From: Minisyncoccota bacterium
GTDB lineage: Bacteria > Patescibacteriota > Minisyncoccia > Phycocordibacterales > UBA1006
Length of the DNA: 64,000 nucleotides
Assembly: GCA_036405175.1 (NCBI GenBank)
Contig: DASWYC010000002.1
Location: forward strand, 321,700-385,699
Direction of reading: 5' to 3'
Shown: piece after piece, positions 42,784-54,022 of the stretch
Numbering within the stretch: position 1 is the first letter of the stretch
Layout of the letters: each line of letters begins with the position of its first letter
The notes under the pieces: model-generated
Database searches by the model: none
Told to the model about the DNA's origin: nothing
What the model saw: the letters and a program-made list of their open reading frames with translations, nothing else
Program-made: the position numbers and the translations under genes

Positions 42784-42786
42784 GTG

Positions 42787-45252
42787 CTAGATAATCGCAA
42801 TACTTGCCACTCTATCTCCTTCTTTTGCTTTCATTACCCGTACCCCTTGTGTTGCACGTCCGAGTGTTGGGATTTCTTTGAGCGATGTTCTCATTGCCTG
42901 CCCTTTCTTAGACATAGTAAGTACATCATGTTCATCATCAACCACAATTGCAGCCCCAACAACAACACCGGTTTTGTCGGTAACATTTAAGGTTTTAATT
43001 CCTCCTCCACCACGATTTTGTGTCTTGTATTCTTCAAGTGATGATTTCTTTCCATAGCCGTGTTCGGTTAAAATCAACAACTCAGCTTTTTTAAAGTTAT
43101 CTTTTGCAACCACATCAGCACCAATAACAATATCTGCTTTATCAAGATCAATTCCTCTCACTCCTCCTGCAGTACGTCCCATTGCACGAACATCAGATTC
43201 TTTAAAGCGAATTGATTGTCCATCTTGAGATACCAACATGATTTCATCGGTTGGATTAACAATGTGCGCACTTAACAATACCTCATCTTTATCAAGTCCC
43301 ATTGCAGCAATTCCGCTTCTGCGAACATGCGCAAATTGATCAAGCATCATTTTCTTCACCGCACCTTTATTGGTCACACATACTACCGCAGCTTCCTTAA
43401 GCTGACGCGCTTCTTTGGGAACGGTGAGCACAGAGGTCACCCTATCTGTATCAGCAAGTGAGATGTAGTTATTGATTGATTTTCCTTTGGTTGCTTTTGA
43501 AGCTTCTGGAATATCATACATTTTAATTTGATATACCTTTCCTTCTGCGGTAAAGAAGAGCAAATCACTCTTGGTACTTGCAATCGTTACGTGCATCACC
43601 GCGTCTTCTTCTTTAGTCTCAAGATCAGAAACTCCTTGTCCTCCACGGCGTTGTGCACGATATTCTGCAGGATCAGTACGCTTTACGTATCCTCCAGCAG
43701 TTAACAACAACGCAGTATCTTTTTCTGGAATCAAATCTTCATCAGAAATTGCACCGGCAGCACGTGCCATAATTTTTGTTCTGCGTGCATCACCATATGC
43801 TTCTTTAATAGCAGCAAGCTCACCAGAAATAACTGCCAACATTTTCTTGCGTGATGCAAGGAGTGCCTCAAGCTCTCCAATATATTTAAGCACAGCTTTA
43901 AGTTCATCTTCAATTGCCTTGCGCTCAAGACCAGCAAGCTTTTGAAGGCGCATATCCAAAATTGCTTGTGCTTGGATTTCGGTAAACTTAAATTTTTTAA
44001 TCAAGTTAAGTTTTGCTTCTGGAGTATCTTTAGATTTTTTGATGATTTGAATTACCTCATCAATATGATCAAGTGCCTTTTTAAGTCCCTCCAAAATATG
44101 TGCACGAGCTTTTGCTTTTGCAAGATCAAATTCGGTGCGGCGCTTTACCACTTCTTCACGATGAGAAATAAATGTTGAAAGAATGTCACGGAGTGTCAAA
44201 AGCTGAGGAACACCATCAACCAATCCGGTCATATTGTAATTAAATGCTGATTCAAGCTCGGTATGCTTATACAAATAATTCAAAACACGCTGTGGTTCCA
44301 TGCCAGGCTTAATATCAATAACAATACGCGTTTCTTCATCAGATTCATCACGTAAATCTTTAATTCCTTGTATCTTCTTTTCTTGTACGAGTGATGCAAT
44401 CTTTACCACCAAGTTAGCGCGGTTTACACGATATGGAATTGAACTAATAACAATCTGGAATTTACCAGCTTTATCTTCAATAATTTCAGCATCTCCTCTG
44501 CAAACAACTCCACCACGCCCGGTTGAATACGCATGAATAATATCTTTTTTATTAAACGCAACTCCACCAAGTGGAAAATCTGGACCTTTCACATGTTCAA
44601 GAAGGTCCTCATTGGTTGCATCAGGATTATCAATCAGATGCACCGTTGCATCCACTACTTCAGAAAGATTATGAGGAGGAATATTAGTTGCCATTCCTAC
44701 CGCAATTCCTAAACAACCATTCAATAACAAGTTTGGAATAGCAGCCGGCAATACTTTTGGTTCTTTAATAGACCCGTCAAAGTTTGGTACAAAAAGTACC
44801 GTTTCCTTTTCAATATCTCTCAAAAGCTCGTCAGAAAGCTTGGACATTTTTGCCTCGGTATAACGATACGCCGCTGCACTATCTCCATCAAGAGAACCAA
44901 AGTTTCCCTGTCCTAACACCAATGGATAGCGTGAAGAAAATTCCTGCGCCATATTTACCATAGAATCATATACCGATACATCTCCGTGCGGGTGATACTT
45001 TCCGAGCACTTCTCCAACAACGGTTGCAGACTTTCTAAATTTTGCACCCGAGGTAAGTCCAGTGGTTTTCATTGCATACAAAATTCTACGATGTACCGGC
45101 TTAAGACCATCGCGCACATCAGGGAGTGCACGTGAAGTAATCACGGACATTGAATACTCAATGAATGATTTACGCATTTCTTCAGAAATGTTTTGCACGA
45201 GTACTTTTTCGTTTGAAATATCCCATGGTTTTTTATCTTCTTTCTTTGCCAT
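42787..45252 (-). CDS. gyrA: DNA gyrase subunit A
   Basis: [30 protein letters not shown] and the GyrA box QRRGGQG. Confidence 0.98.
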   Translation of the reverse strand: MAKKEDKKPWDISNEKVLVQNISEEMRKSFIEYSMSVITSRALPDVRDGLKPVHRRILYAMKTTGLTSGAKFRKSATVVGEVLGKYHPHGDVSVYDSMVNMAQEFSSRYPLVLGQGNFGSLDGDSAAAYRYTEAKMSKLSDELLRDIEKETVLFVPNFDGSIKEPKVLPAAIPNLLLNGCLGIAVGMATNIPPHNLSEVVDATVHLIDNPDATNEDLLEHVKGPDFPLGGVAFNKKDIIHAYSTGRGGVVCRGDAEIIEDKAGKFQIVISSIPYRVNRANLVVKIASLVQEKKIQGIKDLRDESDEETRIVIDIKPGMEPQRVLNYLYKHTELESAFNYNMTGLVDGVPQLLTLRDILSTFISHREEVVKRRTEFDLAKAKARAHILEGLKKALDHIDEVIQIIKKSKDTPEAKLNLIKKFKFTEIQAQAILDMRLQKLAGLERKAIEDELKAVLKYIGELEALLASRKKMLAVISGELAAIKEAYGDARRTKIMARAAGAISDEDLIPEKDTALLLTAGGYVKRTDPAEYRAQRRGGQGVSDLETKEEDAVMHVTIASTKSDLLFFTAEGKVYQIKMYDIPEASKATKGKSINNYISLADTDRVTSVLTVPKEARQLKEAAVVCVTNKGAVKKMMLDQFAHVRRSGIAAMGLDKDEVLLSAHIVNPTDEIMLVSQDGQSIRFKESDVRAMGRTAGGVRGIDLDKADIVIGADVVAKDNFKKAELLILTEHGYGKKSSLEEYKTQNRGGGGIKTLNVTDKTGVVVGAAIVVDDEHDVLTMSKKGQAMRTSLKEIPTLGRATQGVRVMKAKEGDRVASIAII

Positions 45253-45253
45253 A

Positions 45254-45664
45254 TTATTGCTGTGATTCAGGAGTTACAGTTGTGTTTGGCTCGACTGGAT
45301 ATGCTTCCGTTTCAGGCGTTGGAGCCGGAAGCTCTTGTTCTGAAGCTGGTGATGATTCATCAAAATATTCATTAGGTGGAACTTCTTCGGAGGTCTTTGT
45401 AGTTGTTTTTGATGTCTTTGACGTTTCGATAGTCTCCTTAACAACATTGCCTGCTTCCTTTCCCACAAAGATAAGTGATTTGATGAGCTCTTGAGCTGGG
45501 CTTTTTGTTTCTACTTTTGACACCTGGTTTTGATTGGCAAGAATTTTATTCGTAAAAACAGAATAAAAATACACCGCTGCAATCAAAAAAGTTGCAGCCC
45601 CAGCCCCAATGTGCACAATGAGCTTGCGATGATCCGGATGCTTTTCACGGAGTCTGTCTAACAT
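45254..45664 (-). CDS. hypothetical single-TM protein with a Pro/Thr/Glu-rich tail
   Basis: Start MLDRL lies 7 nt after TATAAT; abuts gyrA. Confidence 0.7.
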   Translation of the reverse strand: MLDRLREKHPDHRKLIVHIGAGAATFLIAAVYFYSVFTNKILANQNQVSKVETKSPAQELIKSLIFVGKEAGNVVKETIETSKTSKTTTKTSEEVPPNEYFDESSPASEQELPAPTPETEAYPVEPNTTVTPESQQ

Positions 45665-45753
45665 TGCTACTATTATACAACTTTCTAGGGCGAATACCAA
45701 GCCTCTTGTCTCCTCATTTCATCAAAAAAGAGCCCTATTCTGGACTCTTTTTT

Positions 45754-46377
45754 CTACATCTCCAACAACACCACCTCTGCTTCTTTTCCTTCAATATCTT
45801 TGCGCTTTACCGTGAGCTTCTCGAGCGGTGAAACGTCTTTAGCTCCTGCTTCTTTCAAAAAAAGCGTCATGTCTTCTTTTTCAAACATTCCTACGGGGAT
45901 AATGATATTTGGTGAAAGCGAGTGTGCAAATTTATACACATCGTGAGAATTCATTCCCCCTGGTTCGCCCAATGAAACAATAGCAATATTAGTGGTATCA
46001 ATTTCTTCGCGTGCTTCAACAGAAATACTCTCGAGTGATTCAAGCGAACCACTTATCACCACATTCATATCATCCAACTTAAGGAAGTAAATAATATTTG
46101 AATAGCCGCTTTGATCAGTTACATTAGTTTGAAATCCACGTACCCACAAATTTCCCACCTCATATTCTCCTGCAGCATCAATCACAAATGGCTCACTACC
46201 GCCATAAGTCACCGTATCAACTCCATGCACTGATGGATGAAATGATGAGCACAACACTACATCTGCCTTAAAGCGAGAAGCTTTTGGATCGGTTGCGAGT
46301 ATCGGCGGATTAACCGCAACGGTAAAATCTCCAACCTGTAATTTAACAAAGTGTTTTCCAAGGGCGGTGATAATCAT
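45754..46377 (-). CDS. MBL-fold (Lactamase_B_3-like) protein with degenerate metal ligands
   Basis: MIITALG, ADVVLCSSFHPSVH, IDAAGEYEV and PNIIIP. Confidence 0.8.
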   Translation of the reverse strand: MIITALGKHFVKLQVGDFTVAVNPPILATDPKASRFKADVVLCSSFHPSVHGVDTVTYGGSEPFVIDAAGEYEVGNLWVRGFQTNVTDQSGYSNIIYFLKLDDMNVVISGSLESLESISVEAREEIDTTNIAIVSLGEPGGMNSHDVYKFAHSLSPNIIIPVGMFEKEDMTLFLKEAGAKDVSPLEKLTVKRKDIEGKEAEVVLLEM

Positions 46378-46417
46378 TGATAGAATTATACCTGAAATAA
46401 AAAAATCCTCAAAATCA

Positions 46418-46684
46418 TTACGGTTCTGAGGCTTCTTTTAAAATTTCGTCGTCTTGCTTTTTAAGCTCTGCATCAAGTTCAGCGATATCCTTGTCCAATT
46501 GTTCAGACCATACTCTCCAGTACTCGTTAGGATTCGCCACCTTAAGACTATCCATTTTTCTTTTCTCACGTATACGTGCAGCCTGCCTTTGCATAGAGGC
46601 CTTGTGCCGTTTATTAAGAATGATAATACAATACACTTCTACGCCTATCACAATTAATAAGCATACAAATAAGATCTTTTTCAT
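46418..46684 (-). CDS. small TM/coiled-coil hypothetical protein
   Basis: MKK followed by a hydrophobic segment; perfect promoter upstream. Confidence 0.65.
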   Translation of the reverse strand: MKKILFVCLLIVIGVEVYCIIILNKRHKASMQRQAARIREKRKMDSLKVANPNEYWRVWSEQLDKDIAELDAELKKQDDEILKEASEP

Positions 46685-46729
46685 GATGAATATATAAGCT
46701 TGAATTTTAAGGAATGATTTTACATATAT

Positions 46730-46758
46730 ATTATATCATATTATAAATAGTATGTCAA
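46730..46758 (-). promoter_or_regulatory. consensus sigma70 promoter for the 46684 gene
   Basis: TTGACA-N17-TATAAT with an extended TG. Confidence 0.8.
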
Positions 46759-46923
46759 TAATACCCATAAATCCTCAAATATGGTACAGTTTGTGGGCTG
46801 GAAACAGCTTTATTTTATTAGTTCACACCACTGGGTTAACCTCACTTTTCTACCCTTAAAAGTAGTTAATTAAGCCCCTTTGGGACTATTTACAAATAGT
46901 CATGTGCTCACATAAACCTATAT

Positions 46924-48006
46924 ATGCGAATTGACAAAGAACTTCAGGATTCAGAGATCATGAGAAATTTGATCACTCCTGATAACACTCGCGATATTCA
47001 AACTGATGACATTGTTGAAGGAAACGTTGTTGCCATTAAGGATAACTGCGTGTACATCGACATTGCACCATTTGGAACCGGAATCATTTTCGGTCGCGAA
47101 TACCTTCAGGCTAAGGAACTCATCAAGAACCTTAACATTGGAGACATTATCCGTGGAAAGATTGTTGAGCGTGAAAACGAAGATGGATACATCGAACTTT
47201 CACTTAAAGAAGCTCGCCAAGCACTTACCTGGCACGAGGCTGATCGCCTTATGCACAGCAAGACTCTTATTGACCTTCCCATCAAGGAAGCAAACAAAGG
47301 AGGACTTATTCTTGAATGGCAGGGTCTTCAGGGATTCCTTCCTTCATCACAGCTTCGTGCTGACCACTACCCTCGCGTAGATGATGGAAACAAGGAAGAA
47401 ATCTTCAAGGAGCTCAAGAAGCTTGTTGGACAAACTATTTCTGTTGCGATCATCGGCATCAATCCTAAAGAAGGTAAATTGATCTTCTCAGAAAAGGGTG
47501 GCGAAGTATCACAAAAGAAAGAAATGATTACCAAGTACGCACCTGGCGATGAAATCGAAGGAGTTGTTACCGGAGCGGTAGACTTTGGAGTATTCGTTCA
47601 GATTGAAGAAGGTCTTGAAGGACTCGTGCACATTTCAGAACTCGACTGGGGACTTGTTGAAGATCCTCGTAAGATGTTCCGCGCAGGAGACAAGATCAAG
47701 GCTAAAGTTATTGGTGTTTCTGATGAGAAAATTTCACTCTCAATCAAAGCACTCAAGCAAAACCCTTGGAAAGCTGCGGCTGACAAATACAAGAAGGGTG
47801 ATGTTGTTGAAGGAGTTGTTATTAAATACAACAAGCACGGCGCACTCGTAGCGATTGAAGAAGGAGTTTCTGGACTCATTCACGTTTCTGAATTTGCTTC
47901 AGAAGCTGAACTTAAACAGAAGCTTGAACTTGGAAAGAGTTATTCATTCTCAATTACCCTCTTTGAACCAAAGGATCAAAGAATGACATTGGTGATTAAG
48001 CAGTAA
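46924..48006 (+). CDS. rpsA: 30S ribosomal protein S1 (4 S1 domains)
   Basis: ANKGGL..GFLPSSQL, DFGVFV..EGLVHISEL and GLIHVSE. Confidence 0.93.
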   Translation: MRIDKELQDSEIMRNLITPDNTRDIQTDDIVEGNVVAIKDNCVYIDIAPFGTGIIFGREYLQAKELIKNLNIGDIIRGKIVERENEDGYIELSLKEARQALTWHEADRLMHSKTLIDLPIKEANKGGLILEWQGLQGFLPSSQLRADHYPRVDDGNKEEIFKELKKLVGQTISVAIIGINPKEGKLIFSEKGGEVSQKKEMITKYAPGDEIEGVVTGAVDFGVFVQIEEGLEGLVHISELDWGLVEDPRKMFRAGDKIKAKVIGVSDEKISLSIKALKQNPWKAAADKYKKGDVVEGVVIKYNKHGALVAIEEGVSGLIHVSEFASEAELKQKLELGKSYSFSITLFEPKDQRMTLVIKQ

Positions 48007-48012
48007 TTGCAT

Positions 48013-48054
48013 AAAAGAAAAAAGCCGCTTCTTAATTGAAGCGGCTTTTCTTTT
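48013..48054. terminator. bidirectional terminator
   Basis: AAAAGCCGCTTC-ttaatt-GAAGCGGCTTTT. Confidence 0.85.
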
Positions 48055-48073
48055 AGATTAATTTCTATTTTGT

Positions 48074-48646
48074 TTATTCAAAAGAGATTCCTTGGGTTTT
48101 CCAAATGATTTTCTCTCCCCTCAGTGTGGATACTTTCGTAATATCCAGCTTCCCATTGGGCAGGGCTTTTGCGGTTATTTCAATGTTGTTTATTTGGGAT
48201 TTACCCAACTCTCTTAAACGATTTTTAAACCGATCAATATCATTAATACCATTTAAGGGTCCGTCATGATTATTTAATACCTCTTCCATATTTGTAACCC
48301 TTAAGACATAAGAGACCTTCTTCCCCTTATAGTTGAAGGTAATTTCACAACTACCAATTTGATCATAGTTAGGCTTGCTGGCTGCCTGAAAAGAGTATTC
48401 TCCAAATGCAACTTTTTCAGGGTACAAAATAACGATACTGTCGCAGACTTTCTGTTCCACACTATCTAAAACGAACCTTTTTACCTCTTTAGCAATTGCC
48501 AAAGAGTCTGACTTTGATGCTTCATTGTAAGATGTACCTAAAAAATAAGGCAGTACAACAAATAATCCGAAAACTATTACGAGAATAATCGCGAACGGTT
48601 TCCAAAAGTTTTTTGAATCGGACTGACGTTGATTTTTGATTTCCAT
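48074..48646 (-). CDS. hypothetical single-TM protein
   Basis: TM at residues 18-36; TTGACA promoter at ~48718-48723; AU-rich leader. Confidence 0.7.
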   Translation of the reverse strand: MEIKNQRQSDSKNFWKPFAIILVIVFGLFVVLPYFLGTSYNEASKSDSLAIAKEVKRFVLDSVEQKVCDSIVILYPEKVAFGEYSFQAASKPNYDQIGSCEITFNYKGKKVSYVLRVTNMEEVLNNHDGPLNGINDIDRFKNRLRELGKSQINNIEITAKALPNGKLDITKVSTLRGEKIIWKTQGISFE

Positions 48647-48815
48647 TTTGACTTGGTTTTGATTAAATGAATTATTTTTTAAATTTTAAATATTATAATA
48701 ACCCATCTATTTAAGTTTGTCAACTACTCCCCCTGCCGAGAAAGGGCACTCGATTTCTCACACTCAAGAAGATATTCAATAACGATTAAGTTTTATTGTT
48801 ATACTAGTATCAATC

Positions 48816-50864
48816 ATGGAAAAGCACCCTCTCCACTTGAAAGCCCCTGAATTCCAAGCCTCTCCTGAAGTAACTAAGGCAGTGGAATCAAAAGAACGCG
48901 CAGCACGAGTATTAAATGAAAAACTTACGGAAGCTGAACACGAAGGACCTTTATTAAAAGAAAAAGTTGCAGCTGATCCCACCAGACGTATTGAGGCATA
49001 TATGGATCGTCTTGAAAATATTTTTCTTAACCCCGATGAACGAGTGCGCAAACGCAATCTCAAGTTACTAAAGAGCGCAATCTACGATGCACTCATAATC
49101 AAAAGAGAGAATTTCTCAGAAAGCTATTTTGAATTTGAAAAAAAGCTTCTATGTGAGCGTGGAGAATACATAGAAGAACTTTCTGAAGACAAAAAGGAAG
49201 AGCTCATGAATACGGCAATTCTCAATCAGGAAGAGTCTTTGGACGAATGGATGAACTTCCTCACATCAGAAGAGAACACCTACCCTACATGGTTTAAGTA
49301 TTATACATGGACTCAAATTATTAAACTTTCCCAGCTCGATAAAGAGCGCGGTCAATATAAAAATAGAACAGAATCCACAGTGGCACCCTTTCCAGATATT
49401 TACAACGAACCTCTTGCAGAAATTGCTGACTTATACGAAAAATATCCGGAAATACTTAAAGAAGTCCAGTCAAAGGATGAACAACTTCGCTCAGAAAAAA
49501 ATACCTTAAAAAAATCACTCAGCAGTGCAAGCAGCAAAGAAGAGAAAGCGCTAATTAAGGAAGCAATTTCTGAAATAACCCAAAAGATAGAAGAAGTTTC
49601 TGAACCTACGCGAGTATTTGATACAAAATTTTCAACCTTATATGCACAAAAGGCACTGAACTCACTAGTGAATTCAATAGAAAATGCCCAAGAAACTGCG
49701 GGTACTTGGGTGAAATATAATCAGGGTGATATGGAAGCCCTTGAAGAGCTTTTTAATTCAGTTAAAGGAAAAGGTACCGGATGGTGCACCACAGGAAGAG
49801 CAACAGCACGGCAACAACTTGAGAATGGTGATTTTTATGTTTTCTACAGCAATGACTCGTCTAACCAGCCTACACAACCTCGTCTTGCCATCCTGATGTT
49901 AGGTGATCAAATTAAGGAGGTTCGAGGTATTTTACCTAATCAAGCTGTTGAAACACCAATGCAAGAAATCCTAGACGACAAGCTTAAAGAATTTGGTCCG
50001 AAAGCCGAGCAATATAGCAAGAAAAGTCACGACATGCGATTACTCAAAAGCTTATCTGAAAAGCAAGATGCGGGCAAGGATTTTACAAAAGATGAACTAG
50101 TGTTTTTATATGAACTTCATAGACCTATTGAAAGCTTTGCGGGAGCAAGAGATCTTAGAATTGAGGAACTCCAGAAGCGTCGAAATATCGATGATGACAT
50201 CAAAAAACTTTTTGAATGTGAACCAGAACAAATCGCACGATCTTCAAAGGATATTACGGATACTACAAAAGTTTATATTGGAGCTTTAGATACTGATATT
50301 TTTACAAAATTCCCAAAAAATCTTGAACATATCTATTCATCATTTCCTGATGGAAGAATTCACATAACAACCATTAATCCTGAGCAAAGAACTGTTGGAG
50401 AGCTTACTTCCAAAGTGGAAGAAAATAACATAAAGATTTCTCCCTTGGCTTCAAGTATGTTTATGAATAAAAAAGAATTTATACCTGGTAAATATATGGA
50501 AAGCGTATCTTTGGTGCAAATTACCGCGAGCGATTTAGGGTTTACTAAAGGTGCAACTTTTAAGAAAATAATAGAGAAAGCCCAGAAACTTGGACTGGAA
50601 CTTTGTTCTCACGACATAGCACTTCAGCTTGCACTAAATGGTGAATCAAAGACGGTAAAAAGTGAAATCTCTATTGGTATGAATCCAATTTCAGATTCCA
50701 CAGGACATAAGTCTATCTTTGATCTTGCCGTCGATGACCTTGGTATATCTGTAAGTAATTCTTGGACAGATAAAAATACGGCTATTGGGCCTAATCAGAC
50801 TTTCCTGTTTTGCAAAAGAGAGTCTTCCGCAAAAAAGCCACGACGCTTTTGGTTTTTCTCTTAA
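48816..50864 (+). CDS. large hypothetical protein (GTGWCT core plus a C-terminal GLELC domain)
   Basis: 682-aa ORF with WVKYNQG..GKGTGWCTTG..GDFYVFYS..PRLAI..EVRGI; C-domain DLGF..GLELC..TFLFCKR. Confidence 0.8.
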   Translation: MEKHPLHLKAPEFQASPEVTKAVESKERAARVLNEKLTEAEHEGPLLKEKVAADPTRRIEAYMDRLENIFLNPDERVRKRNLKLLKSAIYDALIIKRENFSESYFEFEKKLLCERGEYIEELSEDKKEELMNTAILNQEESLDEWMNFLTSEENTYPTWFKYYTWTQIIKLSQLDKERGQYKNRTESTVAPFPDIYNEPLAEIADLYEKYPEILKEVQSKDEQLRSEKNTLKKSLSSASSKEEKALIKEAISEITQKIEEVSEPTRVFDTKFSTLYAQKALNSLVNSIENAQETAGTWVKYNQGDMEALEELFNSVKGKGTGWCTTGRATARQQLENGDFYVFYSNDSSNQPTQPRLAILMLGDQIKEVRGILPNQAVETPMQEILDDKLKEFGPKAEQYSKKSHDMRLLKSLSEKQDAGKDFTKDELVFLYELHRPIESFAGARDLRIEELQKRRNIDDDIKKLFECEPEQIARSSKDITDTTKVYIGALDTDIFTKFPKNLEHIYSSFPDGRIHITTINPEQRTVGELTSKVEENNIKISPLASSMFMNKKEFIPGKYMESVSLVQITASDLGFTKGATFKKIIEKAQKLGLELCSHDIALQLALNGESKTVKSEISIGMNPISDSTGHKSIFDLAVDDLGISVSNSWTDKNTAIGPNQTFLFCKRESSAKKPRRFWFFS

Positions 50865-50992
50865 TAATTTCTTATACTCATCAAACGGACTTAAGTGAAC
50901 CAAGTTGTTCTTATTGAGAATTTATGCAACAAAAAAATCCACTTCTTAATTGAAATGGATTCCTTACTAATGAATAAGTACTGAATAAATAC

Positions 50993-51175
50993 TTACCTCG
51001 CACAATGATAAATAGATCTTACTATCCATCTTCCAAACTCATACCCAAGAACATATCCAAGTAGTGTAAGTATGTCACCCAAGGTAACAGATATCTCAAA
51101 TTGGCGAGCTACTCTTAGTGCAAGAAATAGCGCAATTGATACAACGCTGATTATTACTAATGATTTTCTTTTCAT
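50993..51175 (-). CDS. small 2-TM hypothetical protein
   Basis: Two hydrophobic segments; perfect promoter upstream. Confidence 0.6.
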   Translation of the reverse strand: MKRKSLVIISVVSIALFLALRVARQFEISVTLGDILTLLGYVLGYEFGRWIVRSIYHCAR

Positions 51176-51211
51176 TGTAGATAGAGTGTTTGTTTTAAAT
51201 GAATTTAATAT

Positions 51212-51240
51212 ATTATATCATATCGAATTAATATTGTCAA
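51212..51240 (-). promoter_or_regulatory. consensus sigma70 promoter for the 51175 gene
   Basis: TTGACA-N17-TATAAT with an extended TG. Confidence 0.8.
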
Positions 51241-51792
51241 CTATTTGCCTTGCCGAGAAAGTGCGCCGTCTTTTCCGTATTTTAAAAGATTTTTTATATA
51301 GTTAAACGCGGTTTGTGTTGCCTTTTCAAGCGTTTTCAACTCATCATCAGAAAACTTTCCCAATACATGATCCGCCATAGCTGCTCCCGAGACGCGTTCA
51401 ATACCAATACGGAGTCGTCCAAAATCCTGCGTACCTAATGCATTTGCAATCGAGGTAATTCCATTATGCCCTGCTGCCCCACGATTAAATTGCAATTTCA
51501 CCTCACCCAAAGAAACATCCTGATCATCATGAATTACCACCAATTGTTCTGGCTTAAATTTAAGATTCTTCTGTGCCTTTTTAACATACTCACCAGAAAG
51601 ATTCATGAATGAGGCTGAGAACATAAAGCAGCAATGTTTGCCGTCGATCATAACGTTATACATATAATTACCAATTTCTTCTGCGTCACATTCCGACATA
51701 TTCATAATCTTTTTAAGCACAAAAGCCCCCACGTTGTGTCGTGTGAGCTCATACTCTTTTCCTGGATTTGCAAGAGCAACAAAGTACCACAT
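51241..51792 (-). CDS. pth: peptidyl-tRNA hydrolase
   Basis: NPGKEYELTRHNVG, FMNLSG, VIHDD, GHNG and RLRIGI. Confidence 0.96.
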   Translation of the reverse strand: MWYFVALANPGKEYELTRHNVGAFVLKKIMNMSECDAEEIGNYMYNVMIDGKHCCFMFSASFMNLSGEYVKKAQKNLKFKPEQLVVIHDDQDVSLGEVKLQFNRGAAGHNGITSIANALGTQDFGRLRIGIERVSGAAMADHVLGKFSDDELKTLEKATQTAFNYIKNLLKYGKDGALSRQGK

Positions 51793-51796
51793 AGGT

Positions 51797-53005
51797 TTAT
51801 TGTGCTACTTCTGTAGTTGTTGACTGTTCGGTGATACTAATCATTACACCTTTGACTCCTGTTCCAACGCGGTCTTCGTCAAAGATAGTACGATTGAGTC
51901 CAATGTATACATCTTTGCGTTCTTTGAGTGGAGTTTCAAATACAAAAAGATTTTTATCTTTTACCATCACTGGTTTATCATTCTTAGTGATGAGTTCAAA
52001 TGTTCCTTGAGAAATTTTCATTTCTGCATCTTGGATTGAGTTTGAAATATCACGTGCAAAGAGGGTCTTTGCTCCAGTTATGATTTTGTTATCATTATCT
52101 CCCTTAAATACGCCAAGGATTCCATCGATAATTTGAAATTCTGCGTTGTATGGGTCTTGAGCAGATCCTCCTCCCCATCCATCATTAAATTTACTATTCC
52201 CAACGTTCAACATCCACTTTGAAGCTTTTCCTTCAATAATTGGCTTAATAGAGATTACCGAATTTGCGGTCAGATTTTTTGCAAAGATGCGTACAACTGC
52301 TTTCTTATTTTGAACTTTTCCAACGTATTCAAGGAATGCTCCGTCAGTATCACATTCAATAATTGCATCAACGGCAGATACAAAACAGGTACGAACAACT
52401 GGCTGAGTAGCTTCTGGTTCTACACTGTCTCCGCTAACCACTTGCTGAGCTGCAATTTGAGTATCGGCAGTCATCATACGAGCTTCTGGAGCTCCAACTG
52501 AGGGCGTAGTTGCAAGATTTGCAGCTACCGGCGCAACGGTAAGATTTGCAGTAGGGGTTGTGGTTACATTTTGAACAACTGGCGCAGTAGTTGTAGCGGT
52601 CTTGAGTGATGCATCTGCAGACTTTTTCTTTTCTCCATTATCAAAGACAAGTTCAGCTGATGAAATTTCATCAAGAGCAACAAGTGTTGCTTGATCTACA
52701 ATACCGTTTGTTGGAAGGTTGTGGGTCTTCTTGAATGTATTAATAGTGGTGGTGGTTTTAGGTCCAAAGATACCAGTATTAAGCCCGGTATAGAGTTTCA
52801 TATCGGTCAGGATATTTTGAAGATTGTAGACATCCTTTCCATACATTCCTTGTTTAAGGATACGATTAAAGGTGTATATTTCTACTTTCTTTTCTTCAGT
52901 CTTAGTGGCTGAAGTTGAGGTTTTTTCCTGTGCAAACGACACGCTTGGGGCGATCAAAGCGATCCCCATCAACAGCATAGGAATAAGGGTTTTTTGTGAA
53001 TTCAT
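51797..53005 (-). CDS. secreted protein with a peptidoglycan-binding (PG_binding_1) domain
   Basis: Signal peptide; LKQGMYGKDVYNLQNIL..TGIFGPKT..FKKTHNLPTNGIVD; Thr/Ala-rich linker and a beta-rich C-domain. Confidence 0.8.
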   Translation of the reverse strand: MNSQKTLIPMLLMGIALIAPSVSFAQEKTSTSATKTEEKKVEIYTFNRILKQGMYGKDVYNLQNILTDMKLYTGLNTGIFGPKTTTTINTFKKTHNLPTNGIVDQATLVALDEISSAELVFDNGEKKKSADASLKTATTTAPVVQNVTTTPTANLTVAPVAANLATTPSVGAPEARMMTADTQIAAQQVVSGDSVEPEATQPVVRTCFVSAVDAIIECDTDGAFLEYVGKVQNKKAVVRIFAKNLTANSVISIKPIIEGKASKWMLNVGNSKFNDGWGGGSAQDPYNAEFQIIDGILGVFKGDNDNKIITGAKTLFARDISNSIQDAEMKISQGTFELITKNDKPVMVKDKNLFVFETPLKERKDVYIGLNRTIFDEDRVGTGVKGVMISITEQSTTTEVAQ

Positions 53006-53080
53006 ATTACAGCGATATTGTACCATAGTTTCCTGACATCGTCATTACTAGATATGACGGATTTGGTTGTGAATTATTAC

Positions 53081-53111
53081 AATAAGCCCCGGCCTTCGGC
53101 CGGGGCTTATT
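53081..53111. terminator. terminator after secF
   Basis: AATAAGCCCCGGCC-TTC-GGCCGGGGCTTATT. Confidence 0.85.
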
Positions 53112-53121
53112 TTCATGATTA

Positions 53122-54018
53122 CTATTTCTTTTTACTAAATCTTTCTGAAAGCATTACCAAGGCTGGTGATGCAAAGAAGATTGATGAGTAGGTTCCGGCA
53201 ATCATTCCAATCAAGAGTACCTCTGCAAGACTCATGGTTGATTCTGGTCCAACTACCACCAATGAGATCAATACAGCAATAACCGCCAATGAGGTTGCCA
53301 GTGAACGGACCACAGTCTGTGATAATGATCGCCCAACGATTCCCTGGAAGTTAGTATCAGCTTCATTTTGATTAGCACGAGAAAGATTTTCACGAATACG
53401 GTCGAATACCACAATTGAGTCGTTTACTGAAAGTCCAACAACTGAAAGGAGCCCAACCACAAAGAGGGTATCAACTTCTTTACCAAAGAAGGCAAAGATA
53501 GCTGCTGGAATCACTACGTCGTGAACAATCGCAAGCACAATAGCAAGTCCATAGTACCATGATGAAACGGTTCCCTGAACTTTTCTAAATGAGTATGCAA
53601 TGTAGCAAACAATAAATGCTGAAACTAGGATGAGCGCAATAATTGACTTGGTCTTAAGTTCTTTACTTACCGATGGACTAATCGTATCAAATCGCTCAAC
53701 AGTTGGTGCTTGTTCGCCAATCGTAAATTCATCCAAGAATGCGGTGCGATTCTCTTCTGAAATTTCTGTACTACGCACTAATACCTTATTGGTTCCAAGT
53801 GCTTGTACTTTTGCTCCTTCAAATCCATTAGCGGCAAGTTGCTCGCCAAGCGTAATCGTATCAATCTTAGTTCCTTCTGGATATGAAAGTTCTGCTACGG
53901 TTCCTCCCTGAAAATCAATACCAAGTTTGAATCCTTTAATAAAGATAATAGCAAGTGAAGCAACCACAAGAAGGATTGAGAATCCAACAAACCATTTTTT
54001 ATGCTTAATTACGAACAT
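53122..54018 (-). CDS. secF: protein translocase subunit SecF
   Basis: LGIDFQGG, HDV, SVNDSIVVFDRIRE and GTYSSIF. Confidence 0.97.
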   Translation of the reverse strand: MFVIKHKKWFVGFSILLVVASLAIIFIKGFKLGIDFQGGTVAELSYPEGTKIDTITLGEQLAANGFEGAKVQALGTNKVLVRSTEISEENRTAFLDEFTIGEQAPTVERFDTISPSVSKELKTKSIIALILVSAFIVCYIAYSFRKVQGTVSSWYYGLAIVLAIVHDVVIPAAIFAFFGKEVDTLFVVGLLSVVGLSVNDSIVVFDRIRENLSRANQNEADTNFQGIVGRSLSQTVVRSLATSLAVIAVLISLVVVGPESTMSLAEVLLIGMIAGTYSSIFFASPALVMLSERFSKKK

Positions 54019-54022
54019 ACAA

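Noticed and set aside
48816-50864. Diversity-generating retroelement target
   Set aside because: No reverse transcriptase and no TR/VR pair differing at adenines is visible in this window.
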